Below, piece by piece: positions 18,414 to 29,331 of a stretch of DNA of 64,000 nt. Each line of letters starts with the position of its first letter. Position 1 is the first letter of the stretch. The notes beneath the pieces are model-generated. The model was not told where the DNA came from, searched no databases, and saw nothing but the letters and a program-made list of their open reading frames with translations. Source of the DNA: an uncultured Nitrospinaceae bacterium (GTDB taxonomy: Bacteria; UBA8248). Made by a program: the position numbers and the translations under genes. The stretch lies in NCBI GenBank assembly GCA_964005815.1, contig CAXFSR010000043.1:32001-96000 (forward strand). Reading direction: 5' to 3'.

Positions 18414-19817
18414 TTAAAACTTAAGCATCTCTGTCAAGGAATTCACATTTTTAGATTCTTCCAATCCCATAACGTTATCAAATAATTGTTGCGCAATTTC
18501 TTGATCAAACACCATAGTAGAATTATCCATAAATTTCTTGCGAATATCATTTTCACTCATAGGATTTTCCAAACAACCACGTTGAAATTTCTCATGTTCT
18601 ATTGCTCTATCCCCACTATCAAAAATTATTTCAACAGAGCCAGGAAAAAAATTAGGAAAATCTTGTGAAGGGTCTTCTTCATAATCAACCAAAGACGCCA
18701 CCTTCAAAACCTCGGAATCATTGATTGCCTCATCACTAAAATCTTCTACATTACAAGTTCCACGAACTAAAATACTAGCGATACAATACGGCAATGAAAA
18801 TTTAGCATCATACGAGGAACGAGGAATTTTCTTTGCATCTAAAGGGTCTAACACTAAATCTATAGCCCCTTTTGCAGCAATACATTTAATACTCTTTATA
18901 CTATTCACAGAATAATTATCACTAGAATAAATCCTCTTAGCGGCATCCAGAAATGCATGTATCACATGTCCACATGGATAAGGCTTGTATGCAATATCTA
19001 GTGTTTCCCATTTTTCTCCTAATTGAGATGTTAAAATTCCAACATCAAAACTTTCTCCGTGGATATGGCTGTTATACAAACCAAAACGACCTTCCAATAT
19101 AGAACTCGGACCACCAAAACCTTCATTTGCAAGTAAAGAAGCTACAATACCACTTTGAGAAGCCCATCCAGGATGAACAACTTTAACTGGACTACCATCT
19201 TCTAAATACTCAAAAAGCCCCGAAGTCATACTTCCGCATATTCCTAGAGCAGAAACAATAGCTTTATGACTGAAATTTCCAAGTAAACCGAAAACCAAAG
19301 AAGAACCAAAAGTGCCAGCTATGCTTGTCATATGAAAACCACGTGCATGGAAAGATCCTGGAGCAACGAGTCCTATACGAATTTGAAATTCAAAACCAAG
19401 TATTATTGATTTTAAGAAATCTTTTGCACTAGCTTGGAACAACTCAGCACCTGACAATGCAGATGGAACTAAAGGTGCACAATTATGAATAACTGACTTA
19501 GTATGTGTGTCATCATAGTCAAGAGAATGTATTAGAGAACCATTTATTAATGCAGCCTGGGTGATAGGCATAATATTTTTTTCCCCAATAACCGTACAAC
19601 CAGAATCAAATCTATTCGTCAAATCTCGAGATTGTATCCCCAGAATCCTAAAAACCATTTCTTTTACTTGATTACTTACTGGGAGGGTTGTTGACGCAAT
19701 AGCAATGCCCAAAGCATCTAAAAGCAAGAATTTGGTTTTCTCAACTACTTCTTTTGGAATATCTTCGAATTTAGTTTTTTTAGCATGATCAACTATTATT
19801 TCTGTAGCAGAAAGCAT
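18414..19817 (-). CDS. MmgE/PrpD family protein
   Basis: NG..IHSLDYDDTH, RGFH, KPYPCG, AKFSLPY, RG..ENPM. Confidence 0.9.
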   Translation of the reverse strand: MLSATEIIVDHAKKTKFEDIPKEVVEKTKFLLLDALGIAIASTTLPVSNQVKEMVFRILGIQSRDLTNRFDSGCTVIGEKNIMPITQAALINGSLIHSLDYDDTHTKSVIHNCAPLVPSALSGAELFQASAKDFLKSIILGFEFQIRIGLVAPGSFHARGFHMTSIAGTFGSSLVFGLLGNFSHKAIVSALGICGSMTSGLFEYLEDGSPVKVVHPGWASQSGIVASLLANEGFGGPSSILEGRFGLYNSHIHGESFDVGILTSQLGEKWETLDIAYKPYPCGHVIHAFLDAAKRIYSSDNYSVNSIKSIKCIAAKGAIDLVLDPLDAKKIPRSSYDAKFSLPYCIASILVRGTCNVEDFSDEAINDSEVLKVASLVDYEEDPSQDFPNFFPGSVEIIFDSGDRAIEHEKFQRGCLENPMSENDIRKKFMDNSTMVFDQEIAQQLFDNVMGLEESKNVNSLTEMLKF

Positions 19818-19845
19818 TTAAAAATTTCCTTTAAAAGATAAATTA

Positions 19846-20859
19846 TTATATTCTATTACGAACTAACGGAAAAACTTCCGTAGCTAGCAAATCCATGGTA
19901 TCTAGCACAAGACCTTGAGGCATCCCTGGCCATTCTATACTTACAATCAAGTGATTAACTCCTAGAAAAAATAATTCAAGAATTTTCTCTGCAACTTCAT
20001 TTGGACCACCAATAATAAACCTGTCTTCTAATAATTCTTCAAAATCAAGGGACAAGTCATTATCACCTTCAGGCATAGCATTATCCTGCCCCCAATTATG
20101 ATAGGATCCATATTTTGTTTCTAGATAAGGACGACATAAAGAAAATGCTTTGTCAAAATTTTCTGCAACAAAAACTTCTCTTCTCATAGGCAATTCTTCA
20201 GGAAATGGTTTATTCAGCTTAACTAATTCCTCTTTATACAATTCTAATTGCCTCTTTGTTGTTTCTATTCGATTATGGGGGTTTATATAATAACTATCAC
20301 CAAATTTTGCTGCTCTTTTAATTCCTGCATCACTATTCGCACCAATCCAAATAGGAGGGTGAGGATCTTGTAAAGGACTAGGAGTGCAAGAAGCTTCTTC
20401 AAGTGTAAAATGACTTGCCACCATAGAAACTTTTTCCTCAGTCCATAACCTTTTAATAGCAATAAGGTTTTCTTCTAACCTCTTGACTCGATCTTTTTTA
20501 GAAGTGCCAAAAGCTTTAAATTCCACATCTCTATAACCTAAACCAGCTCCTAATATTATTTTTCCATTTGTTATAACATCGAGAGTAGCAATCTGTTCAG
20601 CAATATCTAAAGGCTTATGAAGAGGCAACAAAACAATTCCTGCATTTAATCTCATAGTAGGAACTTCTGCAGCAATTCTTGCTAGAAATGGTATCTGCTG
20701 GAATGAATTGAAGGGAAACGTACTATAATGAGAACCCTTTGTAATCGAAGAGAATCCGAGTTTTTCTGCTTTAACTACTTGCTCTAATATATTTGAAAAA
20801 CAATCTTTCAAATTATCTTCTTTTGGATATTGTGAACGCAACATAAGACCAAATTGCAT
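19846..20859 (-). CDS. LLM-class (luciferase-like) flavin/deazaflavin-dependent oxidoreductase
   Basis: AEKLGF, PLDIAEQIATLD..GK..LGAGLGYR, PLQDPHPPIWIG; GGAG RBS before ATG 20859. Confidence 0.88.
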   Translation of the reverse strand: MQFGLMLRSQYPKEDNLKDCFSNILEQVVKAEKLGFSSITKGSHYSTFPFNSFQQIPFLARIAAEVPTMRLNAGIVLLPLHKPLDIAEQIATLDVITNGKIILGAGLGYRDVEFKAFGTSKKDRVKRLEENLIAIKRLWTEEKVSMVASHFTLEEASCTPSPLQDPHPPIWIGANSDAGIKRAAKFGDSYYINPHNRIETTKRQLELYKEELVKLNKPFPEELPMRREVFVAENFDKAFSLCRPYLETKYGSYHNWGQDNAMPEGDNDLSLDFEELLEDRFIIGGPNEVAEKILELFFLGVNHLIVSIEWPGMPQGLVLDTMDLLATEVFPLVRNRI

Positions 20860-20907
20860 AAAAAAACGCTCCAAATTAGACAAATATGCTAAATACGATT
20901 TTCAGTG

Positions 20908-23715
20908 CTATTTTCCACAACAAAATTTATATTTTTTTCCGCTACCACAAGGACAAGGAGAATTCCTTCCTACTTTAGGATCACTTCTTCTAACAGGAGT
21001 CATAGTTTGAACTGATGAATCTTCAGAAACATCATCAAAACCGGTAACTTCTTGATGGGTATAAACAAGTTCCTGACTTTCATCTTGTTTTGTCAGGAGT
21101 TCACCGTCTTCAGAAACATCTAATCGATATAAATACATTACCGTATCTACCTCAATTTTTTCAGTAAGTTCCTCAAACATTTGATAAGCTTCTTTTTTAT
21201 ATTCATTTAAAGGATTCACTTGTGCATAACCTCTGAGGCCAATTCCTTCTTTCAAATGATCTATGTTCGTCAAATGCTCTTTCCAATGAGAATCTAAGAT
21301 TTGCAGATAAACCATCATCTGCCATTCTTGGAACATCTCTTCACCTAAATGAGAATACTTATTATGAAGAATATCCATAACTAACGAATGAACCTTTTCT
21401 CTAATCTCTTCTAATGTTTCATCTTCTAAATTTAATACACATTCATTTTTCTCAAACGAAATCTGATATCCATTTACATTTGAACGAATACTAAATTGAG
21501 ATTCTATGCTCGTCTTAAAAGAATCCATATCCCATTCTTCGAAGTGAACAGATTCTGGGAAAAATGAATCTAAAATTCCATCCAGCACATTCTTAACCAT
21601 TTCTTTTATTTGCTCAGTGATATCTTCACCATCAAGCATAGTTCTTCTCAAGGAATAAATAACGTCTCGTTGCATATTCATTACATCATCGTATTCTAAA
21701 ATATTCTTTCTCATCTCAAAATGATGAGACTCAACACGCTTTTGGGCACCTTCTATCGAACGTGTGACCATTTTCGCCTCAATTGGCACACCTTCTTCCA
21801 TCCCCAATTTCTCCATCAAACCTTTTATTCGATCAGAACCAAAAATACGAAGCAAATCATCCTCTAAAGAGAGATAAAATCTAGAACTACCAGGATCTCC
21901 CTGTCTCCCTGACCGTCCTCGCAACTGATTATCGATTCTCCTACTTTCATGTCTTTCAGTAGCAAGTACATGAAGACCTCCTAAAGCAATCACTTCTTCG
22001 CGTTCTGCTTCACACTGCTTAGTATACTCTTCAAGCAAATCATGATTCTCGGAGACATCTTTTTTCTTTGAGTTATTTAACAGGAATTCTGGATTGCCGC
22101 CCAAAAGAATATCTGTTCCCCTACCTGCCATATTAGTGGAAATAGTTATTGCAGATTTTCTTCCTGCCTGGGCAATAATTTCAGCTTCATGGGCATGATG
22201 TTTCGCATTTAAAATATGATGCGGCACGCCCCTCTTTTTGAGGACCTTCGAAAGTTGCTCACTTTTGTCTATATTTATTGTTCCGACTAAGACTGGTCTT
22301 CCTGATTTGTAACATTCAGAAAGTTCCTCCACTACTGCGTTCATTTTTTCATTTTCAGTCTTATAGATCACATCAGGATGTTCTATTCGAATCAAGGTTT
22401 TATTGGTAGGTATGACAACGACATCTAGATTGTAGATTTCTTTAAATTCCTTTGCCTCTGTATCTGCAGTACCCGTCATCCCAGACAACTTTTCATAAAG
22501 ACGAAAATAGTTCTGAAAAGTAATAGTTGCAAGAGTTACATTTTCTTCTTGGACTTCAACTTTTTCTTTCGCCTCTAATGCTTGATGAAGTCCATCACCA
22601 AACCTCCTACCTGGCGTAAGGCGACCAGTAAACTCGTCAACAATAATTACTTGTCCATCTTTGACTACGTAATCTATATCTTTTGTAAAAATGATATGCG
22701 CTTTAAGCGATTGTTCAACATGATGTAAAACAGAAATGCTTTCCATATCATACAAACTCTTTCCTTCATCTAAAATTCCCGCAGAAATTAAGATTTTCTC
22801 TGCCTCAACTCCACCCTTTTCTTTCAAATTTACCGTTCTAGATTTCTCGTCAACAATTAAGTACTTATATTGTTTTTTGCTAATTACGTCTTTGCCACCT
22901 TCTACATAAGCTTCTTCAATAGGCTCTGATTGACTCTCTTGATCTTCTTCCTGAAGTAGTCTTTTAATAATTCTATTAACGGAAAGATATAATTTAGTAG
23001 CTTCCTCTGCTGGACCACTAATTATCAATGGAGTCCTAGCTTCATCAATTAGAATGCTATCAACTTCATCAACAATTGCAAAAGACAAGTCCCTTTGTAC
23101 CCTACTACCTCTTTCAAACTTCATATTATCTCTAAGATAATCAAAACCAAATTCATTATTTGTGCCATAAGTAATATCACACAAATATGCTTCTCTTCTT
23201 TCTTCGTCATCCATGGAATGTTGTATACACCCAACGGTAAGACCAAGAAATCTGAAAACTTGTCCCATCCATTCAGAGTCACGTTTAGCCAAATAGTCAT
23301 TAACTGTTACAATATGCACTCCTTTTCCAGCCAATGCATTCAAGAAAGCTGGAAGAGTAGCGACAAGAGTCTTACCTTCTCCTGTTTTCATTTCAGAGAT
23401 TTTTCCTCTATGAAGAACAATTCCACCAACAAGTTGAACATCAAAATGTCTCATTTGAAGGACCCTTTTGCCTGCTTCCCTTACCAAAGCGAAAGATTCA
23501 ACAAGAAGATCTTCCAAACTTTCGCCTTCTTTCACTCTATTTTTTAGAATTTGGGTTTGTTCCTGAAGTTCAGAGTTAGTAAATCCAATCAATTTTTCTT
23601 CTAGCGAAGTTATAGATTCAACCATAGGCTGAAGTTTCTTAATTTCTCTATCATTAGCCGATCCAACAATTGTCTTAATTGCAGACAAGCTTTTTTCTAA
23701 AAAAGTTATTGCCAT
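20908..23715 (-). CDS. secA: Preprotein translocase ATPase SecA
   Basis: [64 protein letters not shown]-terminal [22 protein letters not shown]. Confidence 0.99.
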   Translation of the reverse strand: MAITFLEKSLSAIKTIVGSANDREIKKLQPMVESITSLEEKLIGFTNSELQEQTQILKNRVKEGESLEDLLVESFALVREAGKRVLQMRHFDVQLVGGIVLHRGKISEMKTGEGKTLVATLPAFLNALAGKGVHIVTVNDYLAKRDSEWMGQVFRFLGLTVGCIQHSMDDEERREAYLCDITYGTNNEFGFDYLRDNMKFERGSRVQRDLSFAIVDEVDSILIDEARTPLIISGPAEEATKLYLSVNRIIKRLLQEEDQESQSEPIEEAYVEGGKDVISKKQYKYLIVDEKSRTVNLKEKGGVEAEKILISAGILDEGKSLYDMESISVLHHVEQSLKAHIIFTKDIDYVVKDGQVIIVDEFTGRLTPGRRFGDGLHQALEAKEKVEVQEENVTLATITFQNYFRLYEKLSGMTGTADTEAKEFKEIYNLDVVVIPTNKTLIRIEHPDVIYKTENEKMNAVVEELSECYKSGRPVLVGTINIDKSEQLSKVLKKRGVPHHILNAKHHAHEAEIIAQAGRKSAITISTNMAGRGTDILLGGNPEFLLNNSKKKDVSENHDLLEEYTKQCEAEREEVIALGGLHVLATERHESRRIDNQLRGRSGRQGDPGSSRFYLSLEDDLLRIFGSDRIKGLMEKLGMEEGVPIEAKMVTRSIEGAQKRVESHHFEMRKNILEYDDVMNMQRDVIYSLRRTMLDGEDITEQIKEMVKNVLDGILDSFFPESVHFEEWDMDSFKTSIESQFSIRSNVNGYQISFEKNECVLNLEDETLEEIREKVHSLVMDILHNKYSHLGEEMFQEWQMMVYLQILDSHWKEHLTNIDHLKEGIGLRGYAQVNPLNEYKKEAYQMFEELTEKIEVDTVMYLYRLDVSEDGELLTKQDESQELVYTHQEVTGFDDVSEDSSVQTMTPVRRSDPKVGRNSPCPCGSGKKYKFCCGK

Positions 23716-23805
23716 CTTTACAAGTTCCTCGGTTTCTTAATGTCGAAACAAAAGTTTAAAAATTAATACATAAAAGATGATTTTATCATAGAGTTGAAGC
23801 GATTG

Positions 23806-24783
23806 TTACTTCTGGGCGAACTGATCAATGATATATATCATGGGGTTTACAGCTTTTCGCTTTATTATTACTTCGTAATGAAGGTGTGGACCTGTAGACC
23901 TTCCCGTATTCCCAATCTTTGCGATTAACTCTCCTCGTCTCACACGTTGACCCTTACGAACTAAATTTACTTGATTGTGGGCATACTTTGTAACAATCCC
24001 AGGCAAATGTCTGATTTTCACATAATTTCCGTAACTAGCATCTCTAGAAGACGCGATAACTATTCCATCTGCAGGTGCAAGAATGGGGGCACCTAGCCTT
24101 GCATAAATATCTACACCTTTATGAAACTCCCTCCTTGAGGTGAAAGGTGAAATTCGATAACCATAGCCTGAAGTTATCCAACCTCTTGCAGGAATAATCG
24201 ATGGAGTATGTGCTAAACGAAATCGATTTTTTTCAAAAACTCTTAGAATTTGAGACAGTGATTTATTTTTTAAAACACTTTTTCTTTCAGTATCTATAGA
24301 CTGCCTCGTGATTCTTCGAAATAGTTTTTTCTCCCTATCAGTTAGATACCTTGTTTTTTTTGTAAAATTATCCTGAGTAATTCCGCCTATTGGCAATTCA
24401 AGATCCTGTTGTGAGTGTCGCATAGAAGCCATCATTCTTAATTTTCGTTCAAGCAAAGAGAGTTGATTTAAATTTTTATTGACTTTGGAAAATTTCTTTC
24501 CAAAATTTTCGATAACTTCTGCTTGGGAACTAACACGATTTTCCAGTGATGGAATCTTACTTAATTGATTTGTTAACTGGTTTCTATCAAACAACAAATA
24601 AACAGAGAGCAAACACAAGAATACAAAGATAGACATAAAGGTGAAGACACCCAAAGAACTCAGATTAAACCTTCGAAAGCTAGAAAGTTTTTGAGATATA
24701 TCTATGAGTTTGTGCGTACTGACTTCGTCATGTGGAACCAAAAACAGACTGTATTTCTTACCTTTCAAAACAGCTCCTAACAA
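23806..24783 (-). CDS. M23 family metallopeptidase with N-terminal TM and coiled coil
   Basis: HKGVD (HxxxD) and STGPHLHYEV (HxH); upstream-of-secA position is common. Confidence 0.92.
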   Translation of the reverse strand: MLGAVLKGKKYSLFLVPHDEVSTHKLIDISQKLSSFRRFNLSSLGVFTFMSIFVFLCLLSVYLLFDRNQLTNQLSKIPSLENRVSSQAEVIENFGKKFSKVNKNLNQLSLLERKLRMMASMRHSQQDLELPIGGITQDNFTKKTRYLTDREKKLFRRITRQSIDTERKSVLKNKSLSQILRVFEKNRFRLAHTPSIIPARGWITSGYGYRISPFTSRREFHKGVDIYARLGAPILAPADGIVIASSRDASYGNYVKIRHLPGIVTKYAHNQVNLVRKGQRVRRGELIAKIGNTGRSTGPHLHYEVIIKRKAVNPMIYIIDQFAQK

Positions 24784-24804
24784 AACAAAAATTGGAACAA
24801 GACA

Positions 24805-25635
24805 TTAACGCATAACAGAACCAGAATCAACAAGTATAGATTGTCCTGTTATAGTTCTAGCATCTTCACTTGCCAAGAACGTCACAGCACGGCCTATATC
24901 TTCTGGTGTTTGTTCTAAATTTAGAGGAGTTTGTTGTACAAAAAAATCAAAAACTTCTCTAGAACTCATTTCCTTTAATTCAGGATTTTTTTTCTTATAT
25001 AATGGAGAAAGCTTTTTCCACATATCACTCCATATCAAACCAGGACATACTGAATTAACGGTAATGCGACTAGATGCTAATTCTTTTGCTAGAGATTGCG
25101 ACAAGCTAACAACCGCCGCCTTGCTTGCAGCATAATGTGGGATAAACTCTCTTCCATCAAAAGCTGCTCTTGAAGCGATATTAATAATACGACCTGAATT
25201 AGATGATCTCATATGATCAACAACAGATTTACAAAGAAAAAAAACACCTCTAGTATTTACTTGATATGTCTCATCCCAATCGGAATCAGCTATATCTTCC
25301 ATTGGCATTCCTAAAGAAAGATCCGAAGACCCAAGAACTCCCGCATTGTTCACAAGGAAATCAATTTTTCCAAATTCCTTCAAAACATCTTGAACAAGCT
25401 TATCGCAAGATTCTTGTTTTTTAACATCAAGCGAAAAACATTGTGTCTCGATATCAAAATTCTTAAATTCTTCTTTCAGATCTAAAAGTTCGTCATCACG
25501 TAGATCTGCTAAGGCAAGATTTGTTCCTTCTTCAGCAAAACACCTTGCTATCCCATGACCAATAGCCCCAGATGCTCCAGTAATCAATGCAAGTTTTTTT
25601 TTAAGACCTCTTTCACGATTTTGCATAGATATCAA
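24805..25635 (-). CDS. SDR family NAD(P)-dependent oxidoreductase
   Basis: TGASGAIG, LVNNAG, YAASK, VNSVCPG. Confidence 0.9.
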   Translation of the reverse strand: MISMQNRERGLKKKLALITGASGAIGHGIARCFAEEGTNLALADLRDDELLDLKEEFKNFDIETQCFSLDVKKQESCDKLVQDVLKEFGKIDFLVNNAGVLGSSDLSLGMPMEDIADSDWDETYQVNTRGVFFLCKSVVDHMRSSNSGRIINIASRAAFDGREFIPHYAASKAAVVSLSQSLAKELASSRITVNSVCPGLIWSDMWKKLSPLYKKKNPELKEMSSREVFDFFVQQTPLNLEQTPEDIGRAVTFLASEDARTITGQSILVDSGSVMR

Positions 25636-26039
25636 TCTTCAGCACTACCAAAACCAGACATAGAATGACCTCCTTCTATCCATTGCTCATATATTTTAAG
25701 AGCTTCCAAAACGGCAGGAGCACCAGTATAAGTAAACATCTGAAAAATCACTTCAAGGATTTCTTTATCTTCTGCACCATAATTGTGAGCAGCTGTTAAA
25801 TGCCCCTTCATTTGGTCAAATCTTCCTGTTACCAGAAGTGCAGAAATTGCACAAAATTCTCTAATTTTATGTGGAATAACATCCCTATCGTATAATCCAC
25901 CGTGAACCATTTTCTGGAACATCATAGAAAAATCCGGGTCCAATTTATTCATTCTTTCAAATAATTTTTCTGTATATCCATCTCCATATTGCGTATCACC
26001 TCTTCGAATAGCTGGCTCATAAAATGATTCTTCGTTCAA
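25632..26039 (-). CDS. Carboxymuconolactone decarboxylase (CMD) family protein
   Basis: GLYDR...REFCAISAL...H...A...G...EILEV...Y.G.P. Confidence 0.85.
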   Translation of the reverse strand: MNEESFYEPAIRRGDTQYGDGYTEKLFERMNKLDPDFSMMFQKMVHGGLYDRDVIPHKIREFCAISALLVTGRFDQMKGHLTAAHNYGAEDKEILEVIFQMFTYTGAPAVLEALKIYEQWIEGGHSMSGFGSAED

Positions 26040-26066
26040 CGGAAGTCCTCCTTATTTTTTAAAAAA

Positions 26067-26990
26067 TTAATTTTTTATAATCTCTGTCCTTAATTTCCCT
26101 AAATTTTCAACTTCTACTTCTACGACATCACCTGGCTTAAGAAAAGACGGTACATCACGCGCATATCCAACACCTGAAGGAGTCCCTGTCATAATGATAT
26201 CTCCTGTTTCTAATGTAAAATCTTCCGAAAGAACAGAAACGATTGATGGAATATCATGTATCATCATCTTAGTATTAGACTCCTGCCTAATTTCACCATT
26301 GACCCAAGTCTTGATTGATGCATTCATAGGATCCTGATAGAACTCCTTAGGAACTAAATAAGGACCGATAGGACAAGTAAAATCTAAAGTTTTTCCCTTA
26401 AACAACTGCTTATGTCTTCTTTGAATATCCCTTGCACACAAGTCGTTCGAACAACAATATCCAAAAATATGATCGTACACTTTATCCTTTGCAATGTTTT
26501 TTCCAGGCTTGCCAATAACAAATGCCAATTCACCTTCATAATCTAATTTTTCACTAGTACTGATCATTGGGAAATTCACATTATGACCAATTAAAGTACT
26601 GGGAGATTTAGTAAAAAAAATTGGTTCATCTAATTCCATTTTCTGAGGACGTACATCCTTTGCTTTCAAACCTTCTTCCACATGGTCTTTGTAATTGAGC
26701 CCCATACACATAATATTCTTTGGAGGATTTGTAATCGGCGGAAGAAATTCTATATCTCCAGGGTTCATAAGAATAGATTTGATTTTGTCTGTATTATCTT
26801 CTGCTTCTTTTAACAAAGATTCTAAATCTGAGGAGATATCATTCCAATTCCTCAAAATCTCTATCATACTTGGAATAGCCAGATCAGGTCTGCCCAAAAG
26901 ACCTGCCAGACGAGATAAATGTGAAATTTTATCTCCAACATATAAACCTACTCGTTCTAACCCTCTATAATTATAATTAAGTATTTTCAA
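26067..26990 (-). CDS. Fumarylacetoacetate hydrolase family protein
   Basis: CMGLNYKDH, PIFFTK, LDYEGEL, ND..ARD, GK, GDIIMTGTPSGVG. Confidence 0.92.
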   Translation of the reverse strand: MKILNYNYRGLERVGLYVGDKISHLSRLAGLLGRPDLAIPSMIEILRNWNDISSDLESLLKEAEDNTDKIKSILMNPGDIEFLPPITNPPKNIMCMGLNYKDHVEEGLKAKDVRPQKMELDEPIFFTKSPSTLIGHNVNFPMISTSEKLDYEGELAFVIGKPGKNIAKDKVYDHIFGYCCSNDLCARDIQRRHKQLFKGKTLDFTCPIGPYLVPKEFYQDPMNASIKTWVNGEIRQESNTKMMIHDIPSIVSVLSEDFTLETGDIIMTGTPSGVGYARDVPSFLKPGDVVEVEVENLGKLRTEIIKN

Positions 26991-27010
26991 TTTGATTGCC
27001 TCCGGATTTT

Positions 27011-28099
27011 CTAATCAATTCTATAATTTTTCAAAGCTGATTCTGTAAATTCAAAACCATGACCTGGAACATCTGGAACAGCTATTTCCCCATTCTTCAC
27101 TGAAAAATCTTGTGTCATGTCTTCTGAATTAAAGAAATCCATATATTCAACCATATAACCACTCGGACTTGCTGCAACCAGACTTACTGAAATTTCATGC
27201 ACTAGATGACAGGACAATGAAATATTAAAAGCATCGGCAAGATTAGCTATTTTCCTAAATTCTGTTATCCCGCCACATCTACCAACATCTGGTTGCAAAA
27301 AACCAACAGCTCGCCTTTCACATAATTCTCTGAAACCCCAACGCATATACGCATTTTCTCCAGCTGCCAGAGGCACCATACTTTCTTTTGACAATTCAGC
27401 CAAATCGTCAACCGAATCAGCAATAACTGGTTCTTCAAACCAGGCAACCCCGTATTCAGCCAACATATTTGACACTTCTACAGCCTCTCTTACAATATAT
27501 TTTTGATTTGCATCAGCAAATAAAATAAAATCCTCTCCCATATTTTCTCGTAAACAGGAAATTCTTTCTTCATCTCGATCTGTGCCAATTTTAAATTTAT
27601 ACGCTTTGCATCCTAGAGCCTCTGCTTCTTGCGCTTCCTCTAAAAGTTCTTCGTCAGATAATGTGTGCCAACCTCCACTCCCGTATACGGGTATAGTTTG
27701 TCTAAACCCACCAAGAAGCCGATTAATAGATTTTCCAGCAGATTTCGCTAAAACATCCCAGCAAGCTATATCAACGCACGATAGAGCATGGAGACCTATT
27801 CCTCCTCGCATTCTAGCTTTATTTGGTCCCCACATTTTTGTCCAAACTAATTCTGGAGCAAGAGCATCTTGACCTAAAACTAGTGGGGCGAGTTCATTTT
27901 TAATATATGGAACTATCGCAGTTCCCGAAGCACCGCCTAAACCAGTTGTCATACCAAAACCTTCAGGACCATCCTTTGTCTTCATCTTCACAACTACAAC
28001 ATCTAGGTGTGTATAAACACCTAGAGAACTTTCAAAAGTCTTTTTCAAAGGTACCTGCAAAGGAATTACTTCAATTTCTTCAATAACTAGTTTTTCCAT
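27011..28099 (-). CDS. Mandelate racemase/muconate lactonizing enzyme (enolase superfamily) protein
   Basis: DIACWD, KxK (YKFKIG), metal ligands in DAN, EEP and GEN, QPD, SCH, PGHG. Confidence 0.9.
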   Translation of the reverse strand: MEKLVIEEIEVIPLQVPLKKTFESSLGVYTHLDVVVVKMKTKDGPEGFGMTTGLGGASGTAIVPYIKNELAPLVLGQDALAPELVWTKMWGPNKARMRGGIGLHALSCVDIACWDVLAKSAGKSINRLLGGFRQTIPVYGSGGWHTLSDEELLEEAQEAEALGCKAYKFKIGTDRDEERISCLRENMGEDFILFADANQKYIVREAVEVSNMLAEYGVAWFEEPVIADSVDDLAELSKESMVPLAAGENAYMRWGFRELCERRAVGFLQPDVGRCGGITEFRKIANLADAFNISLSCHLVHEISVSLVAASPSGYMVEYMDFFNSEDMTQDFSVKNGEIAVPDVPGHGFEFTESALKNYRID

Positions 28100-28110
28100 C
28101 TTTTTCCTTT

Positions 28111-29286
28111 CTATAAATGTTTCATAGAACGTATGCGCATAGTCTGATTTGTACCATCTGAATGTAGGAAACTAGTAACATCTCGAAGATACTTTTCCAT
28201 AGGAGCCTCAGTCATATAACCCATTCCACCCCAAACTTCCATAGATCGTGTAGCAATACGGAAAGAAGCCTCAGAAACAAAACTTTTAGTCATGAATCCC
28301 ATCTTTGGGTCATATAAACTTCTATCCGATGCTGTCCATGCTGCATAATGCAACATTTGTCTAGACGCTTGATATTCAGCAAAGGAGTCGCACAACATAA
28401 ATCCTACAGCCTGATGCTCTATAATAGGTTTCCCTCCTTGAACACGATTACGTGCGTACTCAAGCGCCTCTTCATGAGAGGCTCTTGCTGTTCCAAGCAC
28501 TGTTGCAGCAGCCTCAATATTTGAACCCAGAACAAAAGTTTTTCTAGCCTCCATTGCCTTGTTAACTTCGGTAATACGGTGCTCATCAGGTATTCTACAT
28601 TCATTAAATAACAATTCTGCATTTAGAGAGAGCCTTTGCCCTAACTTGTCATGAAACTTTCCATAATCAAAACCTTCCATGCTTGGGTCAAGAAGGAAAT
28701 ACGTCATTCCCTCTGACACACCTTTTGATGGATCTGTTCTCATAGCTACAATATATAGTTTCGCAACTCCACCATTACTAATATAATGTTTTTTGCCATT
28801 CGCAATCCAACTATCACCATCACGGACAGCGGTCGTTCTTACACCTGCATCTGGACTATCATAAGGAATGATATTGTCAGAACCTCCGGAAGGTTCAGTC
28901 ATGGCAACAGCAAGATGAAATAAATCGTCTTCTAAAAATTGATTTAAATATTTAGATTTTTGGTCTTCATTTGTGAGAGTCTCAAACAAATGAGTTATTT
29001 TCCAAGTCTGATCAAAAGTAACTGCAGTACCTAAATCTCCCCAGGCTAATTCCTCTCCTACCATACACAAAGTCAAAACATCTGCACCTGCTCCACCAAG
29101 TTCTACAGGGAGGGCAAGAGTTCTCAGCCCTAACTTACTTCCTTTCTCAAGAACATCCCAAGGAAATCTTTTAAGTGGATCTGGCTCCCTATCTAGTTCT
29201 CTAGCAACCGGCCTAATTTCTTTTTCGGCAAAATCATGAGCTAATTCGACCAAAGCTTTCTGCTCTTCACTTATTTTATAGTCCAT
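28111..29286 (-). CDS. Acyl-CoA dehydrogenase family protein (non-canonical catalytic position)
   Basis: AMTEPSGGSD, NGKKHYISNG, KLGQR, R.QGGKPI..HQAV, GGMGY, DGTNQ. Confidence 0.9.
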   Translation of the reverse strand: MDYKISEEQKALVELAHDFAEKEIRPVARELDREPDPLKRFPWDVLEKGSKLGLRTLALPVELGGAGADVLTLCMVGEELAWGDLGTAVTFDQTWKITHLFETLTNEDQKSKYLNQFLEDDLFHLAVAMTEPSGGSDNIIPYDSPDAGVRTTAVRDGDSWIANGKKHYISNGGVAKLYIVAMRTDPSKGVSEGMTYFLLDPSMEGFDYGKFHDKLGQRLSLNAELLFNECRIPDEHRITEVNKAMEARKTFVLGSNIEAAATVLGTARASHEEALEYARNRVQGGKPIIEHQAVGFMLCDSFAEYQASRQMLHYAAWTASDRSLYDPKMGFMTKSFVSEASFRIATRSMEVWGGMGYMTEAPMEKYLRDVTSFLHSDGTNQTMRIRSMKHL

Positions 29287-29331
29287 ACATATTCCTTTCT
29301 CCCGAAATACAAACACTTCGAAATTAGAGAA

